In this document: positions 37,430 to 46,811 of the stretch, piece after piece | Numbering within the stretch: the first letter of the stretch is position 1 | Layout: every line of letters begins with the position of its first letter | Source of the DNA: Bacteroidales bacterium | GTDB lineage: Bacteria; Bacteroidota; Bacteroidia; Bacteroidales; G963667975 | Assembly (NCBI GenBank): GCA_963677395.2 | Contig: OY781965.2 | Location: forward strand, 1,022,330 to 1,086,329 | DNA length: 64,000 nucleotides | Direction of reading: 5' to 3' | The notes under the pieces: generated by a model | Database searches by the model: none | Told to the model about the DNA's origin: nothing | What the model saw: only the letters and a program-made list of their open reading frames with translations | Program-made: the position numbers and the translations under genes

Positions 37430-39149
37430 CTATTTTAATAATGTAATGCACCCATGTTTTTCCTTTGGACCAGCATGGGTGCCTTTTTTAACATAGGTAA
37501 TCAGATAAGTATAGACTCCATCAGGACACAAGTTTTCTTTGTATTTTCCATTCCAACGTGCATTAGCACCACTGCCTTCAAAAATTTGATTTCCCCAACG
37601 GTTAAATACATAAAGGGTAATTTCTTCAATGTTTGAATAAACCGGGTAAAATTCATCATTTACGCCATCTCCATTGGGCGTAAATACGTTAGGTACCCAT
37701 ATTTCAGATTCACATTCTTTCAGAAGGATATTGTCAGAGGATGAACAGTTCCCATTCCAGACGGTAACCGAATAGTTCCCGGGTTGAGTAACTGATATTT
37801 GGGGCAATGTACTGCCAGTTGACCATAAGTACTTGGAAAACCCAATACCAGGAGATAAGGTTAACGTTGTGCCCTGGCAAAGCAAAGTGTCACTTCCAAG
37901 ATCAATGATGGGAGGAGCATCAATGCTAATAATTGAAATAGTATCAGAAGCCGAACACAAACCATTTGTTATGGTTACCCAATAGCTTCCAATCTGGTTA
38001 ACAGATATTGTTTGAGTTGTAACACCAGTATTCCATAAATAAGTACTTGCTCCATTTCCTGCATTTAAGGTGATAGATTGACCGATACATAATGAAGTAT
38101 CGTTACCTAGATTAAGATTTGAAATGTTATAGGTTGAGATTTTAAAAACAGAATCCAACTGATTATTGCAACCAGTTACACTATCGATCCCAGTTATAGT
38201 AAAATAAGATGTATTTTGAATTAGTCCAGTAGAAATAGATAAAATTGAGTCACAATAAGTTATTTGTGGAGAGCCAACTGGAATATGTCCCGGATATGTA
38301 TAAAGCTGATAAGACACACCTGGTTCGGGGTTAATCAGATGAATAAATGTAGAACCGGATTGACAAAGTAGGGTATCCTGAATTTTTACTTTTAAGGTAT
38401 AAGGATTGTTGTACAGAATTTTTATTTCACGATCACAAAGAGCACGTTTATAAATTCTTAAATCATCAAGTTTGCCATCAAAGGATTGATCTGCATTATT
38501 TGACATGCCAAGTAATATGTTATAGTGTTGATTGTAAGGTGAAAAAGGATACGGAAGGCTCTTTTCATAGACTCCATTTATATATATCTTTGCTATTCCG
38601 TTCTTGCGAGTGACTGCAACAAAGTACCATTGATTTGTATTTACTATGGTATTGCTGCTTAATACAAAGTATGAAGAAGTCCCTTGTCCAAAGATGAAAA
38701 CAAAACGAGGTACTCCGTTTAGCCAAGAGATATTTAAATCATAATCCTGATTGTAACCTGTATTTGGAGCTTTAAAAAATATACATTTACCAGTTTGTCC
38801 GTAAGGTGTAACCCCAAGATCGGTAGGGTATGCCCAAGCTGTTAATGTAAGTTCATCACTCCAAATATCATCTGCAACAGATATATATTGATTATTGCCA
38901 CTAAAACTGTATGCTTGGTTAGAATTGTTAAATCTATTTGTTGTAGGAACTGGTCCAGAAAGAACACCATGATGATTATTACCACTTATGTCATTTGGGC
39001 TGTTATCAAAGGGATAATGAGCCATTATTCCATGGTAAAAATATAGTATCATTAATATCAGCTAAAATCTGAGCGTTTAAATTCGCTGTTAATAACATAA
39101 ATACGATTACGCTGATAATCTTGGTCTGTTTTTCTATGAATAGACTCAT
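37430..39149 (-). pseudogene. LamG-domain adhesin-like protein with a T9SS type B (gliding-motility CTD) sorting domain, interrupted by a 1-nt frameshift after the signal peptide
   Basis: Body ORF 37430..39052: AHYPFDNSPNDISGNNHHG LamG start, LRIYKRAL, repeated Cys-framed domains, and CTD VPNVFTPNGDGVNDEFYP. The signal peptide MSLFIEKQTKIISVIVFMLLTANLNAQ is encoded from the ATG at 39149 in another frame. The two frames meet at the A5 run 39037-39041. Removing one base gives a single 572-aa ORF. Confidence 0.65.
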
Positions 39150-39165
39150 TTGCATAAGTTTTATG

Positions 39166-39173
39166 CAAATATA
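39166..39173 (-). promoter_or_regulatory. -7 promoter box (TATATTTG) for the LamG/T9SS gene
   Basis: TAnnTTTG on the minus strand, 17 nt upstream of the signal-peptide ATG at 39149. Supports that ATG as the native start. Confidence 0.45.
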
Positions 39174-39383
39174 ATACAGATTATGTATATTGAATTGTTT
39201 TATTAAGTAAATTTTAATAGAATAATTTATGGTCTTCAATTATATTACATGAATAATATTATATAGATATAAATTATAAAATATAGTAGTGAAATATTAA
39301 ATATAAATTAAAGGTGCACAGATGTTATTACTGGAGTTTATAGTATTACGATGTTCTTAACATTTTAAGTAAAGAAATTATTT

Positions 39384-39391
39384 TAACTTTG
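39384..39391 (+). promoter_or_regulatory. -7 promoter box (TAACTTTG) for the glycan locus
   Basis: TAnnTTTG, 17 nt upstream of the ATG at 39408. Confidence 0.45.
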
Positions 39392-39407
39392 CCATAAGCA
39401 GAAACTT

Positions 39408-40958
39408 ATGTCATTATTGCATTTTGAATCCTATCAGAAGGGGATTATTTACTCCACATTATTTAATGTGATTGCTAAAATTTTACTATTTGCAAATAGT
39501 ATAGTTATAGCTTATTATTTTGGAACCCAGCTTAGAACAGATATTTACTTTTTTGTTTTTATGACTATTGCTGCTGCTGCAAATCTTATGTCCAGTTTAA
39601 ACATTGCTGTTTTGATACCAGAGTCGATGAGAATTAAAGAACAAGATGGTGAAAAACAATCAATGAGGTTTTTAAATTTCTTTTTGTATGGTTATTTATT
39701 CTTTGGAGCCATAATGAGTCTTGTATTATACTGTTACCCAATTGATACATTTATACTATTTTCAAAGATTGAGAGGTCGTCTCTTACTGAAAACATTGGA
39801 ATTATTTATTGGGCTTTACCTTTGTTTGGATTAATATTATTAACGTCTTTTTTAACGGACATACTAACTTCCTATAAATTCTTTTCAATGCCAATGATAG
39901 CTGCATTGGTTAATAATCTTTTTGCCCTTATTTTTATTGTGGTTTTTCATAAATATCTTGGTATTATAAGCATCTTGGTAGGATTGAATAGTGCTTATTT
40001 TGTCAATTTACTTGTTCTAATTTTATTGATAAAAAGGAGGTTAAACTGGGTGTTTTCATTTAGATTTATAAAAATTAATAAAAAAATATGGAAAGATATT
40101 ATTTACGTTCAGTCTGGTAATCTAACATCAATGCTTAGTAATTTCGCTCCAGCTTATATATTTAGCAGTTTGTCTGGTATTATCACAGCTCTAAATTATG
40201 GACAGAAAACAGCAAATATGCCTTCGGAGCTTGTTACAAATCAATTTGTTTCAGTGTCTGGAATCCGGTTTAATGAGCTGTATGCGCAAAAGAATTATAA
40301 ACAGTTAAATTTGGTGTTTTTGGAAACAGGAAAACTTTTGTTGTTTGTCCTGATTCCTATAAGTATGTTGATGTTTTTGTTATCTGAGGAAATTATCAGT
40401 TTTTTTTACCAGAGAGGAAAGTTTGATGCTGAATCAGTCTGCAATTCAGCATTGTTTTTAAAATATCTTGTATTCTTATTGCCTTTTTATGCTATAAGTG
40501 GAATCGCTTCAAGGCTTTATATGGCTGCTCAATTGATGAAGTACTCTTTTTGGTACCAGATAATTGCAAATATTCTACAGATAGCATTGCTTTGGTTTTT
40601 TATTAAACAATTCGATATTGTAGGATTTCCTTTAGCATTATTGATACAATATATTATTAATATTTTAGTTATTTGGTTATTTTTATATCATTTGCTGCCT
40701 TTTATACAATATTATAGGCTCATTAAATATTTTATTGGACTTGGATTACTGAATTTAGTGTTATTACTTTTGTTTTATATAATATTACCTTACTTAGCTC
40801 AATTCTCATCATTTGAGAGAATGTCGCTAGTAACATTTTTATATTTATCGGTTTATTTAGGTCTGAATTTTGTGTTTAAGATAAATTATCAGGTTAATAC
40901 GTTTATTCTGACTACTTTTAAAAGGTTGATTAAAATAAATTCAAATGGAAATAATTGA
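39408..40958 (+). CDS. MOP-superfamily flippase (MurJ/MviN- or Wzx-like)
   Basis: 516 aa, roughly 12-14 hydrophobic segments. The N-terminal pattern YYFGTQLRTDIYFFVFMTIAAAANL...LIPESMRIK resembles MurJ/MviN. Confidence 0.65.
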   Translation: MSLLHFESYQKGIIYSTLFNVIAKILLFANSIVIAYYFGTQLRTDIYFFVFMTIAAAANLMSSLNIAVLIPESMRIKEQDGEKQSMRFLNFFLYGYLFFGAIMSLVLYCYPIDTFILFSKIERSSLTENIGIIYWALPLFGLILLTSFLTDILTSYKFFSMPMIAALVNNLFALIFIVVFHKYLGIISILVGLNSAYFVNLLVLILLIKRRLNWVFSFRFIKINKKIWKDIIYVQSGNLTSMLSNFAPAYIFSSLSGIITALNYGQKTANMPSELVTNQFVSVSGIRFNELYAQKNYKQLNLVFLETGKLLLFVLIPISMLMFLLSEEIISFFYQRGKFDAESVCNSALFLKYLVFLLPFYAISGIASRLYMAAQLMKYSFWYQIIANILQIALLWFFIKQFDIVGFPLALLIQYIINILVIWLFLYHLLPFIQYYRLIKYFIGLGLLNLVLLLLFYIILPYLAQFSSFERMSLVTFLYLSVYLGLNFVFKINYQVNTFILTTFKRLIKINSNGNN

Positions 40959-41553
40959 TAGAAAAAACATAATTTCTGAATTTAGCAAAAGATCCAAGAT
41001 TATACTTGAACTAGGTTGTGGCCCTTCTAAGCGTATAGCCGAAGCAATTTCTATTGATATTCTTAATATTCCGGAAGTAGATATTGTAGCGGACTTGAGC
41101 AAAGGCTTTCCGTTTATTCCTGATAATTGCGTAGATGAAATTTATTCATTTCATTTTATGGAGCATCTACCTGATTTAGAATTTTTTATGAGAGAATCAT
41201 TAAGAATACTAAAGCCTAATGGAAAAATTATTGGTATAGTTCCGCACTTCTCAAATCCTTATTTTTATAGTGATTATACACACAAAAGTTTTTTTGGCTT
41301 ATATACATTTTGTTACTTTTCTAAAAATCAGCCATTTAAAAGAAAGGTACCGGCTTTCTATTCAGAAATAGATTTAAAGGTTTGTTTTGTACGATTAATA
41401 TTTAAGTCTCCTTTTTTTATACGGAATACCATTCGGATATTTTGGACTAAGCTTTTTAATTCTTGTAGATTTATGCAAGAGTTTTATGAAGGAAACCTTA
41501 CAGGAATGATTCCTGCATATGAAATAGAATTTGAATTAGTAAAAATATTGTAA
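40945..41553 (+). CDS. Class I SAM-dependent methyltransferase
   Basis: 202 aa. Motif I ILELGCGPSKR and a later LRILKPNGKI. Overlaps the flippase 3' end by 14 nt. Confidence 0.7.
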   Translation: MEIIDRKNIISEFSKRSKIILELGCGPSKRIAEAISIDILNIPEVDIVADLSKGFPFIPDNCVDEIYSFHFMEHLPDLEFFMRESLRILKPNGKIIGIVPHFSNPYFYSDYTHKSFFGLYTFCYFSKNQPFKRKVPAFYSEIDLKVCFVRLIFKSPFFIRNTIRIFWTKLFNSCRFMQEFYEGNLTGMIPAYEIEFELVKIL

Positions 41554-42494
41554 TGGAACGTCCTTTGGTAAGTATCATGGTTCCTGTTTTTGATCAGGAG
41601 AAGTATATAGCAAAAGCTATTCAAAGCGCATTGGATCAGGATTATGAGAATGTGGAGATTGTTATTGGAGATGATTGCTCAGATGATAATACTGAATCAA
41701 TAATAAGATCGTACCTCGATAACCCTAAAATAAAATACTTCAGAAATAATATAAGGCTAGGAAGAGTTAAAAATTATCATAATTTGCTGTATGAAATAGC
41801 ACAGGGAAAATGGGTTGTAAATCTTGATGGGGATGACTTTTTTACTGATAAATCATTTATAAGTACATGTATAGAAATTATTAACCAACAGAAGGATGAT
41901 GAACTTGTTTTTTTACAGGCAGGTCATTTTTTAAGCTTTGAAAATAAAGATGAGGAATTAATTAAAATTCCAAATATAAAAAAAAAACATCAGGTTTTTA
42001 CAGGAGTAGAGTATTTGCATAAATTTGCAAAAATTAATCATTTTTCACATTTGGCAAGTCTTTATAACAGAGAAAAAGCTTTGAAACTCAATTTTTATAC
42101 TGCTGATATACTGTCAACAGATATGGAGTCGTTATTAAGATTGTCAGTTACAGGGAATGTTATTTTATTGAAAAAACCTATTGGAAAGTGGCTTCAACAT
42201 GGTACAAATGCTTCATCTACATCAGGGTTTGAAAAACTGATGAGTAATTTAATATGGATTGAGAATGTTAGCGAATTTGCTTCTAGTCGAACCAATAATT
42301 ATTTAATGTGGAGAAAATGGAAAGAGAAAATAGCGAAGCTTGAATTGACAGGAATTTTTGTTCATGAAGTTAAAGTAAGAAAATGCAAGAAGGATAGATA
42401 TGAGATATTTGTATTTTTTTGGAAAAATTATAAATATTTATTTATAAATCCTTTTTTTTTAAAAAAAGCAATATGTGTTTTTTTTAATTGTTGA
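41553..42494 (+). CDS. Glycosyltransferase family 2
   Basis: GT-A N-terminus VSIMVPVFDQEKYIAKAIQSALDQDYENVEIVIGDDCSDD and NLDGDD. TAATG stop/start overlap with the methyltransferase. Confidence 0.8.
   Translation: MERPLVSIMVPVFDQEKYIAKAIQSALDQDYENVEIVIGDDCSDDNTESIIRSYLDNPKIKYFRNNIRLGRVKNYHNLLYEIAQGKWVVNLDGDDFFTDKSFISTCIEIINQQKDDELVFLQAGHFLSFENKDEELIKIPNIKKKHQVFTGVEYLHKFAKINHFSHLASLYNREKALKLNFYTADILSTDMESLLRLSVTGNVILLKKPIGKWLQHGTNASSTSGFEKLMSNLIWIENVSEFASSRTNNYLMWRKWKEKIAKLELTGIFVHEVKVRKCKKDRYEIFVFFWKNYKYLFINPFFLKKAICVFFNC
41978..41987 (+). repeat. A10 homopolymer inside the GT2 coding sequence
   Basis: Counted directly: ata aaaaaaaaaa cat, encoding IKKKH. Confidence 0.9.
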
Positions 42495-42537
42495 TTATAA
42501 TTTATAGTTTATATAATAATTAATTTATATTTGGATT

Positions 42538-43050
42538 ATGATATTAAATATCTCTTATCAAAAGAATCTATTCAAAACAATAATTTTTGATATAATATCA
42601 ATAACTTTTGTTGTTTTTATACCTGTAGTTTCTCATTTATCAGGGTTCCCTTTTTATGTATTTGAACCTATGAGAATTTTAATAATACCTTACTTTTTAT
42701 TAACAAGAAGTAAAAATGCGTATTTTTTGGCAATAGCCTTACCACTAATTTCTTTCCTTATTGTTGGTCATCCTGTCTTTTTTAAATTTCCTCTAGTTGC
42801 GATTGATTTGTTTGTGAATATTATATTTTTAAACACTCTTATTAATAAGCAAATAAATAAATATATTTGTTTATTAATATCAATATTACTTAGTAAATTA
42901 GTATATTATTTATTTAAATATATATTTATCAATCTTGATGTATTAAAAGGAAATCTTGTTGATACTAATATTGTATATCAGATCGCTAATATGTTTATAT
43001 TAATTATAGTTATATTTGCATTTAAAAAAAAAGATAAAAAATACCAATAA
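42538..43050 (+). CDS. Small polytopic membrane protein, unknown function
   Basis: 170 aa, about 5 hydrophobic segments. Extremely AT-rich gene with no motif I recognise. Confidence 0.5.
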   Translation: MILNISYQKNLFKTIIFDIISITFVVFIPVVSHLSGFPFYVFEPMRILIIPYFLLTRSKNAYFLAIALPLISFLIVGHPVFFKFPLVAIDLFVNIIFLNTLINKQINKYICLLISILLSKLVYYLFKYIFINLDVLKGNLVDTNIVYQIANMFILIIVIFAFKKKDKKYQ

Positions 43051-43271
43051 TTATTATTGAAAAATCTAGGTGAAGTTTTTTTAAATGGAAGAGAAATTCT
43101 ATTCTTTTTGCCTCTCTTCGGAGAAAATAAATATTTATCTAATCGTTATTCAAAATGGATAATTATTAGCCTTTTGAATAGGAAGGAGGTAATGATGCTT
43201 AATTTTTGTAATATGAGTGTACACACTTCGTAAAAAAATAGCATTCTTAGCTCCAAATGAATTTTTATCAT

Positions 43272-43279
43272 TATATTTG
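43272..43279 (+). promoter_or_regulatory. -7 promoter box (TATATTTG) inside the 286-bp gap, upstream of the DUF362 gene
   Basis: TAnnTTTG, 58 nt upstream of the ATG at 43337. Confidence 0.4.
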
Positions 43280-43336
43280 TCTAATGTGAATGTTGGATTT
43301 ATTACTTGAATCTAGTCCTTGAAAATATAATATGAA

Positions 43337-44656
43337 ATGATACAGAAAGTTTGGGTAAATAATGTCCCTTGTGATAAAAACTTAACAGAATTATGTCTTT
43401 TTTATAATGATTACGATCGTCTAAAGAATTTTATATTTAATATTTTTAATAATACAGGTGTTTTAAATGAGATTGAAAAAAATAAAAAAATACTTCTGAA
43501 GCCTAATTGGGTTTATCATAATATCAATGAATCTGATGAAATTTGTTTAACAACTCATCCGAATTTTATACTTGCTGTTTTGGAATTTGTCCTTCAATTA
43601 AAACCAGCTTCAATTATAATTGGAGATTCGCCGATTCAGTCGTGCAAATGGGATAGTCTTCATTCGCCAGATTTTAAGGATAAAGTTAAAAAGTTGCAGG
43701 AAATAAATAATATATCAATTCATATTATAGATTTCAGAAATGAAAAATGGGAAGAAAAAAAGGTTTTGCAAAAAAATTGTCGTGGAAAAAATGAATATGT
43801 TTTATTTGATTTAGCTTCTGATAGTTTATTGGAACCTTTATCAGCTCAGGGTAAACTATTTAGGGTTGGAGATTATAATCCGAAAGAAACCAATAAAAAT
43901 CATAATAAAGGTGTTCATAAATATTTAATAGCTAGAGAAGTAATTGATGCAAACGTAGTTATTAATTTGCCTAAATTAAAAACACATCAAAAAGCTGGAA
44001 TTACTAATGGCCTAAAGAATTACGTAGGAACGATAGGAGAAAAGTCTTATCTTGCACATCATTCCAGTAACTTATCAAAAAACGGAGGAGATTGCTATCC
44101 AGGCAATAATTTTTTCAGAAGAAGAGCAGAGTATTTTAGCGAATTGTCTTATGCTTATAAAAATACAATTTTATATTATCCTCTTGTTTATTTGTCTGCA
44201 CTTATTTGGACTTTTGCCCCAAAGTCAAACTATGCAGGCCTGAATGGAGCCTGGTACGGAAATGATACTGTTTGGAGAATGGTTATGGATATTAATAAAA
44301 TAATTTCGTTTGGGAATTTAAATGGTGAAATTGAAAAAGTTACACAAAGAAAGATAATTACAATATCTGATGCAATAATAGCGGGACAGGGTAATGGCCC
44401 TCTTAAGCCAGACCCATTAGGGATGGGGATGGTTGCAATAGCAGACAATGATTTATTTCTTGATTATGTAATGGCTCAATTTATGGGTTTTGATAGCAAT
44501 AAGATTCCTCTTTTAAAAACTTTTAAAAATAGATTAGACGATTTTGAATATCAGATTATTTATGACGGAAATAAAATAAACGAAAATATAATTAAAAAAT
44601 ATGCAATAAAAACAATTCCTTCAAAAGGGTGGGTCGGTAATATTGAAGGTAATTAA
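43337..44656 (+). CDS. DUF362-domain protein
   Basis: 439 aa. KILLKPNWV and VINLPKLKTHQKAGITNGLKNYVG match my memory of DUF362. No ferredoxin-type Cys cluster seen. Confidence 0.55.
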   Translation: MIQKVWVNNVPCDKNLTELCLFYNDYDRLKNFIFNIFNNTGVLNEIEKNKKILLKPNWVYHNINESDEICLTTHPNFILAVLEFVLQLKPASIIIGDSPIQSCKWDSLHSPDFKDKVKKLQEINNISIHIIDFRNEKWEEKKVLQKNCRGKNEYVLFDLASDSLLEPLSAQGKLFRVGDYNPKETNKNHNKGVHKYLIAREVIDANVVINLPKLKTHQKAGITNGLKNYVGTIGEKSYLAHHSSNLSKNGGDCYPGNNFFRRRAEYFSELSYAYKNTILYYPLVYLSALIWTFAPKSNYAGLNGAWYGNDTVWRMVMDINKIISFGNLNGEIEKVTQRKIITISDAIIAGQGNGPLKPDPLGMGMVAIADNDLFLDYVMAQFMGFDSNKIPLLKTFKNRLDDFEYQIIYDGNKINENIIKKYAIKTIPSKGWVGNIEGN

Positions 44657-44669
44657 ATGTTTTTTCAAT

Positions 44670-45698
44670 ATGAAGAATATAACTATTTATGCTTTAGTCG
44701 ATTATAAAGGATATTTTGAATCAAAATATAATTCAGTTCCTTTTAATTCGGGAGTGGATCGGAATTTATTAAAACAACGTTTTTCAGAATTAGGATTTGA
44801 TATTATCTTTATTCGGGTTTCGGAAATTATGAACTATCCTGCTTCCTTTTGGGAAAAGAAAATAGTTCTCTATACCTCATCCGAGGATTTTGGATTTATT
44901 TATAAAACCTTTTTTGAAGATGTAATTTACTTTTTAGAATTATCAAATGCAATACCAATTCCTTCGTTTAAATATCTAAAAGCTAATAACAATAAGGTTT
45001 TTATGGAGCTATTGCGTTTTTTAACTATTAAAGAAAATAATGTTGAATCCAAAGTATTTGGTTGTTATGAGGAAATAGAAAAAATTAGTAGTGAACTAAG
45101 TTTTCCCTTAGTTTATAAACCGGCTTCGGGAGCAATGAGTACTGGGGTTGGGTTAATTAGAAATAAAAACGAACTGAAAAGAATAAAGAAAATATCTCGT
45201 ACAAGGTTCATATTTAAAGAGATATGGGAATATTGGCGAAGCATAAAATTTAAGAACTATGTTATGGAAAGTAAATATAGGAATAAATTTATTGTCCAGA
45301 AATTTATTCCTAACTTAGATGGAGATTATAAAGTACTCGTTTTTTTTGATAAAATTTATATTTTAAAAAGAGGAGTTAAAAAGGGGGATTTTAAGGCGAG
45401 TGGGAGTGGAATAAGGAATTTTGTAAAAGATATTCCGGATGGAATTTTGGAGTTTACTTATAACTTTTATAAAACATTGAATACGCCTAATGCAAGCATT
45501 GATGTTGCTTTTGATGGGTCGGAGTTCTTTGTTATAGAATACCAATGTTTATATTTTGGTAGTTTTACACTTACATATTCAAGTTTTTATTGGGTGTTGA
45601 GAAATGATAAATTCGATTTTGTTGAAGAAAAAAGTGAATTAGAATATGTATATGCAACTTCTGTTTCTAAGTATATTCATGCTAAAATATTTATGTAG
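44670..45698 (+). CDS. ATP-grasp enzyme (possibly the sugar-transfer-associated / TupA-like type)
   Basis: The FPLVYKPASGAMSTGV ... VQKFIP ... DGDYKVLVFFDKIYILKRG layout is typical of ATP-grasp folds. The ATG at 44670 is preferred over the TTG at 44643. Confidence 0.6.
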   Translation: MKNITIYALVDYKGYFESKYNSVPFNSGVDRNLLKQRFSELGFDIIFIRVSEIMNYPASFWEKKIVLYTSSEDFGFIYKTFFEDVIYFLELSNAIPIPSFKYLKANNNKVFMELLRFLTIKENNVESKVFGCYEEIEKISSELSFPLVYKPASGAMSTGVGLIRNKNELKRIKKISRTRFIFKEIWEYWRSIKFKNYVMESKYRNKFIVQKFIPNLDGDYKVLVFFDKIYILKRGVKKGDFKASGSGIRNFVKDIPDGILEFTYNFYKTLNTPNASIDVAFDGSEFFVIEYQCLYFGSFTLTYSSFYWVLRNDKFDFVEEKSELEYVYATSVSKYIHAKIFM

Positions 45699-45750
45699 GA
45701 TTATATTTGAGGATAATAATTATAGAATAGTCAAATTTAAAAAAATATTA

Positions 45751-46803
45751 ATGATTGATTTTCTTTATATTAAAATTTCAAATTCATCATTTATAAAATT
45801 AGATGAGGAAATATTAAGTCGCCATTTTCGTACGAAAAGTTTTCTTATGAACAATAGGGGTATAGTAGCGTTCATATGGAGTATCGTACGTTTAAGTTAC
45901 TTTCTTATCGTTAATCTTCCTTTTTCAAAAGCATTATATATTAGATTTGCAGATCATTATTCGTTTTTGCCCGCTTTATTTTGTAAGGTTTTTCATAAAA
46001 AACTAATTGTTGTTGTTGGTGGTTATGATGCGGTACATATACCAGAGTATGGCTATGGAGTTTATCATAGTAAAATCAGAGGGTTTTGTGCCAGATATAC
46101 GTTTAAACAAGCAAATTTGATACTTCCCAATAATCCTACTTTAGTTGAAAATATAAATACTTTTTCAAATGATTATCCAAGAAAAGAAGGCGTAAAACAC
46201 TTTGTTCCAGATATAAAAGCTCCAATACATGTTGTTTACAATGGTTTTAAAGCTAATTTCTGGGAAAATTTTCATTTTACAGACAGAAATAAGGTCTTAA
46301 CTGTTGCATTTATTAATGATAAAAAAACATTTTACCTAAAAGGAATTGACCTCTTTTTTAAAGTTGCTGAGAAAATGCCTGACATCCCTTTTGAAATGGT
46401 AGGTTTGAATTTTAATTTAGTACATAAAATGAAATTGAATGTGCCGATAAATGTTAGGTTGATTCCTCAAACGTCAGCGGATGAACTTAAGCTATTATAT
46501 AACCATGCTAAAGTTTTTGCATTATTTTCATTAACTGAAGGCATGCCAAATGTGTTATGTGAAGCAATGCTATGTGGTTGTATTCCTGTTGGTTCAAATG
46601 TAAATGCGATTCCGGAAATAATTGGAGATACTGGAATTGTTGTAGGAAAGAAAGATATATCAATACTAGCCGAAGCCATTTCAAGTGCACTGAAACTAAC
46701 GAAAGATGCAGAAGAGAAAGCTCGTGAGAGAATTTTAAATAATTTTACAATCGAAAGAAGAGAACAGGAGTTAATTTCTGTTTTATGTCCGATGATTAAA
46801 TAA
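45751..46803 (+). CDS. Glycosyltransferase family 4 (GT-B)
   Basis: C-terminal E-x7-E region LTEGMPNVLCEAMLCGCIPVGS. The ATG at 45751 is preferred because the track start at 45646 overlaps the previous gene. Confidence 0.75.
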   Translation: MIDFLYIKISNSSFIKLDEEILSRHFRTKSFLMNNRGIVAFIWSIVRLSYFLIVNLPFSKALYIRFADHYSFLPALFCKVFHKKLIVVVGGYDAVHIPEYGYGVYHSKIRGFCARYTFKQANLILPNNPTLVENINTFSNDYPRKEGVKHFVPDIKAPIHVVYNGFKANFWENFHFTDRNKVLTVAFINDKKTFYLKGIDLFFKVAEKMPDIPFEMVGLNFNLVHKMKLNVPINVRLIPQTSADELKLLYNHAKVFALFSLTEGMPNVLCEAMLCGCIPVGSNVNAIPEIIGDTGIVVGKKDISILAEAISSALKLTKDAEEKARERILNNFTIERREQELISVLCPMIK

Positions 46804-46811
46804 TTAATTGT

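Noticed and set aside
39150-39239. A 30-codon upstream extension of the signal-peptide ORF (track ORF 39006..39239, MKTINYSIKIYLIKQFNIHN...).
   Set aside because: The -7 box at 39166-39173 lies inside this extension, and the sequence is not signal-peptide-like. The ATG at 39149 is the plausible start.
43051-43271. Short ORFs of 13-41 codons on both strands in the gap between the membrane protein and DUF362. They could be remnants of a decayed gene at a cassette junction.
   Set aside because: Nothing long enough or recognisable to call. It is mentioned only as context for the island-boundary hypothesis.
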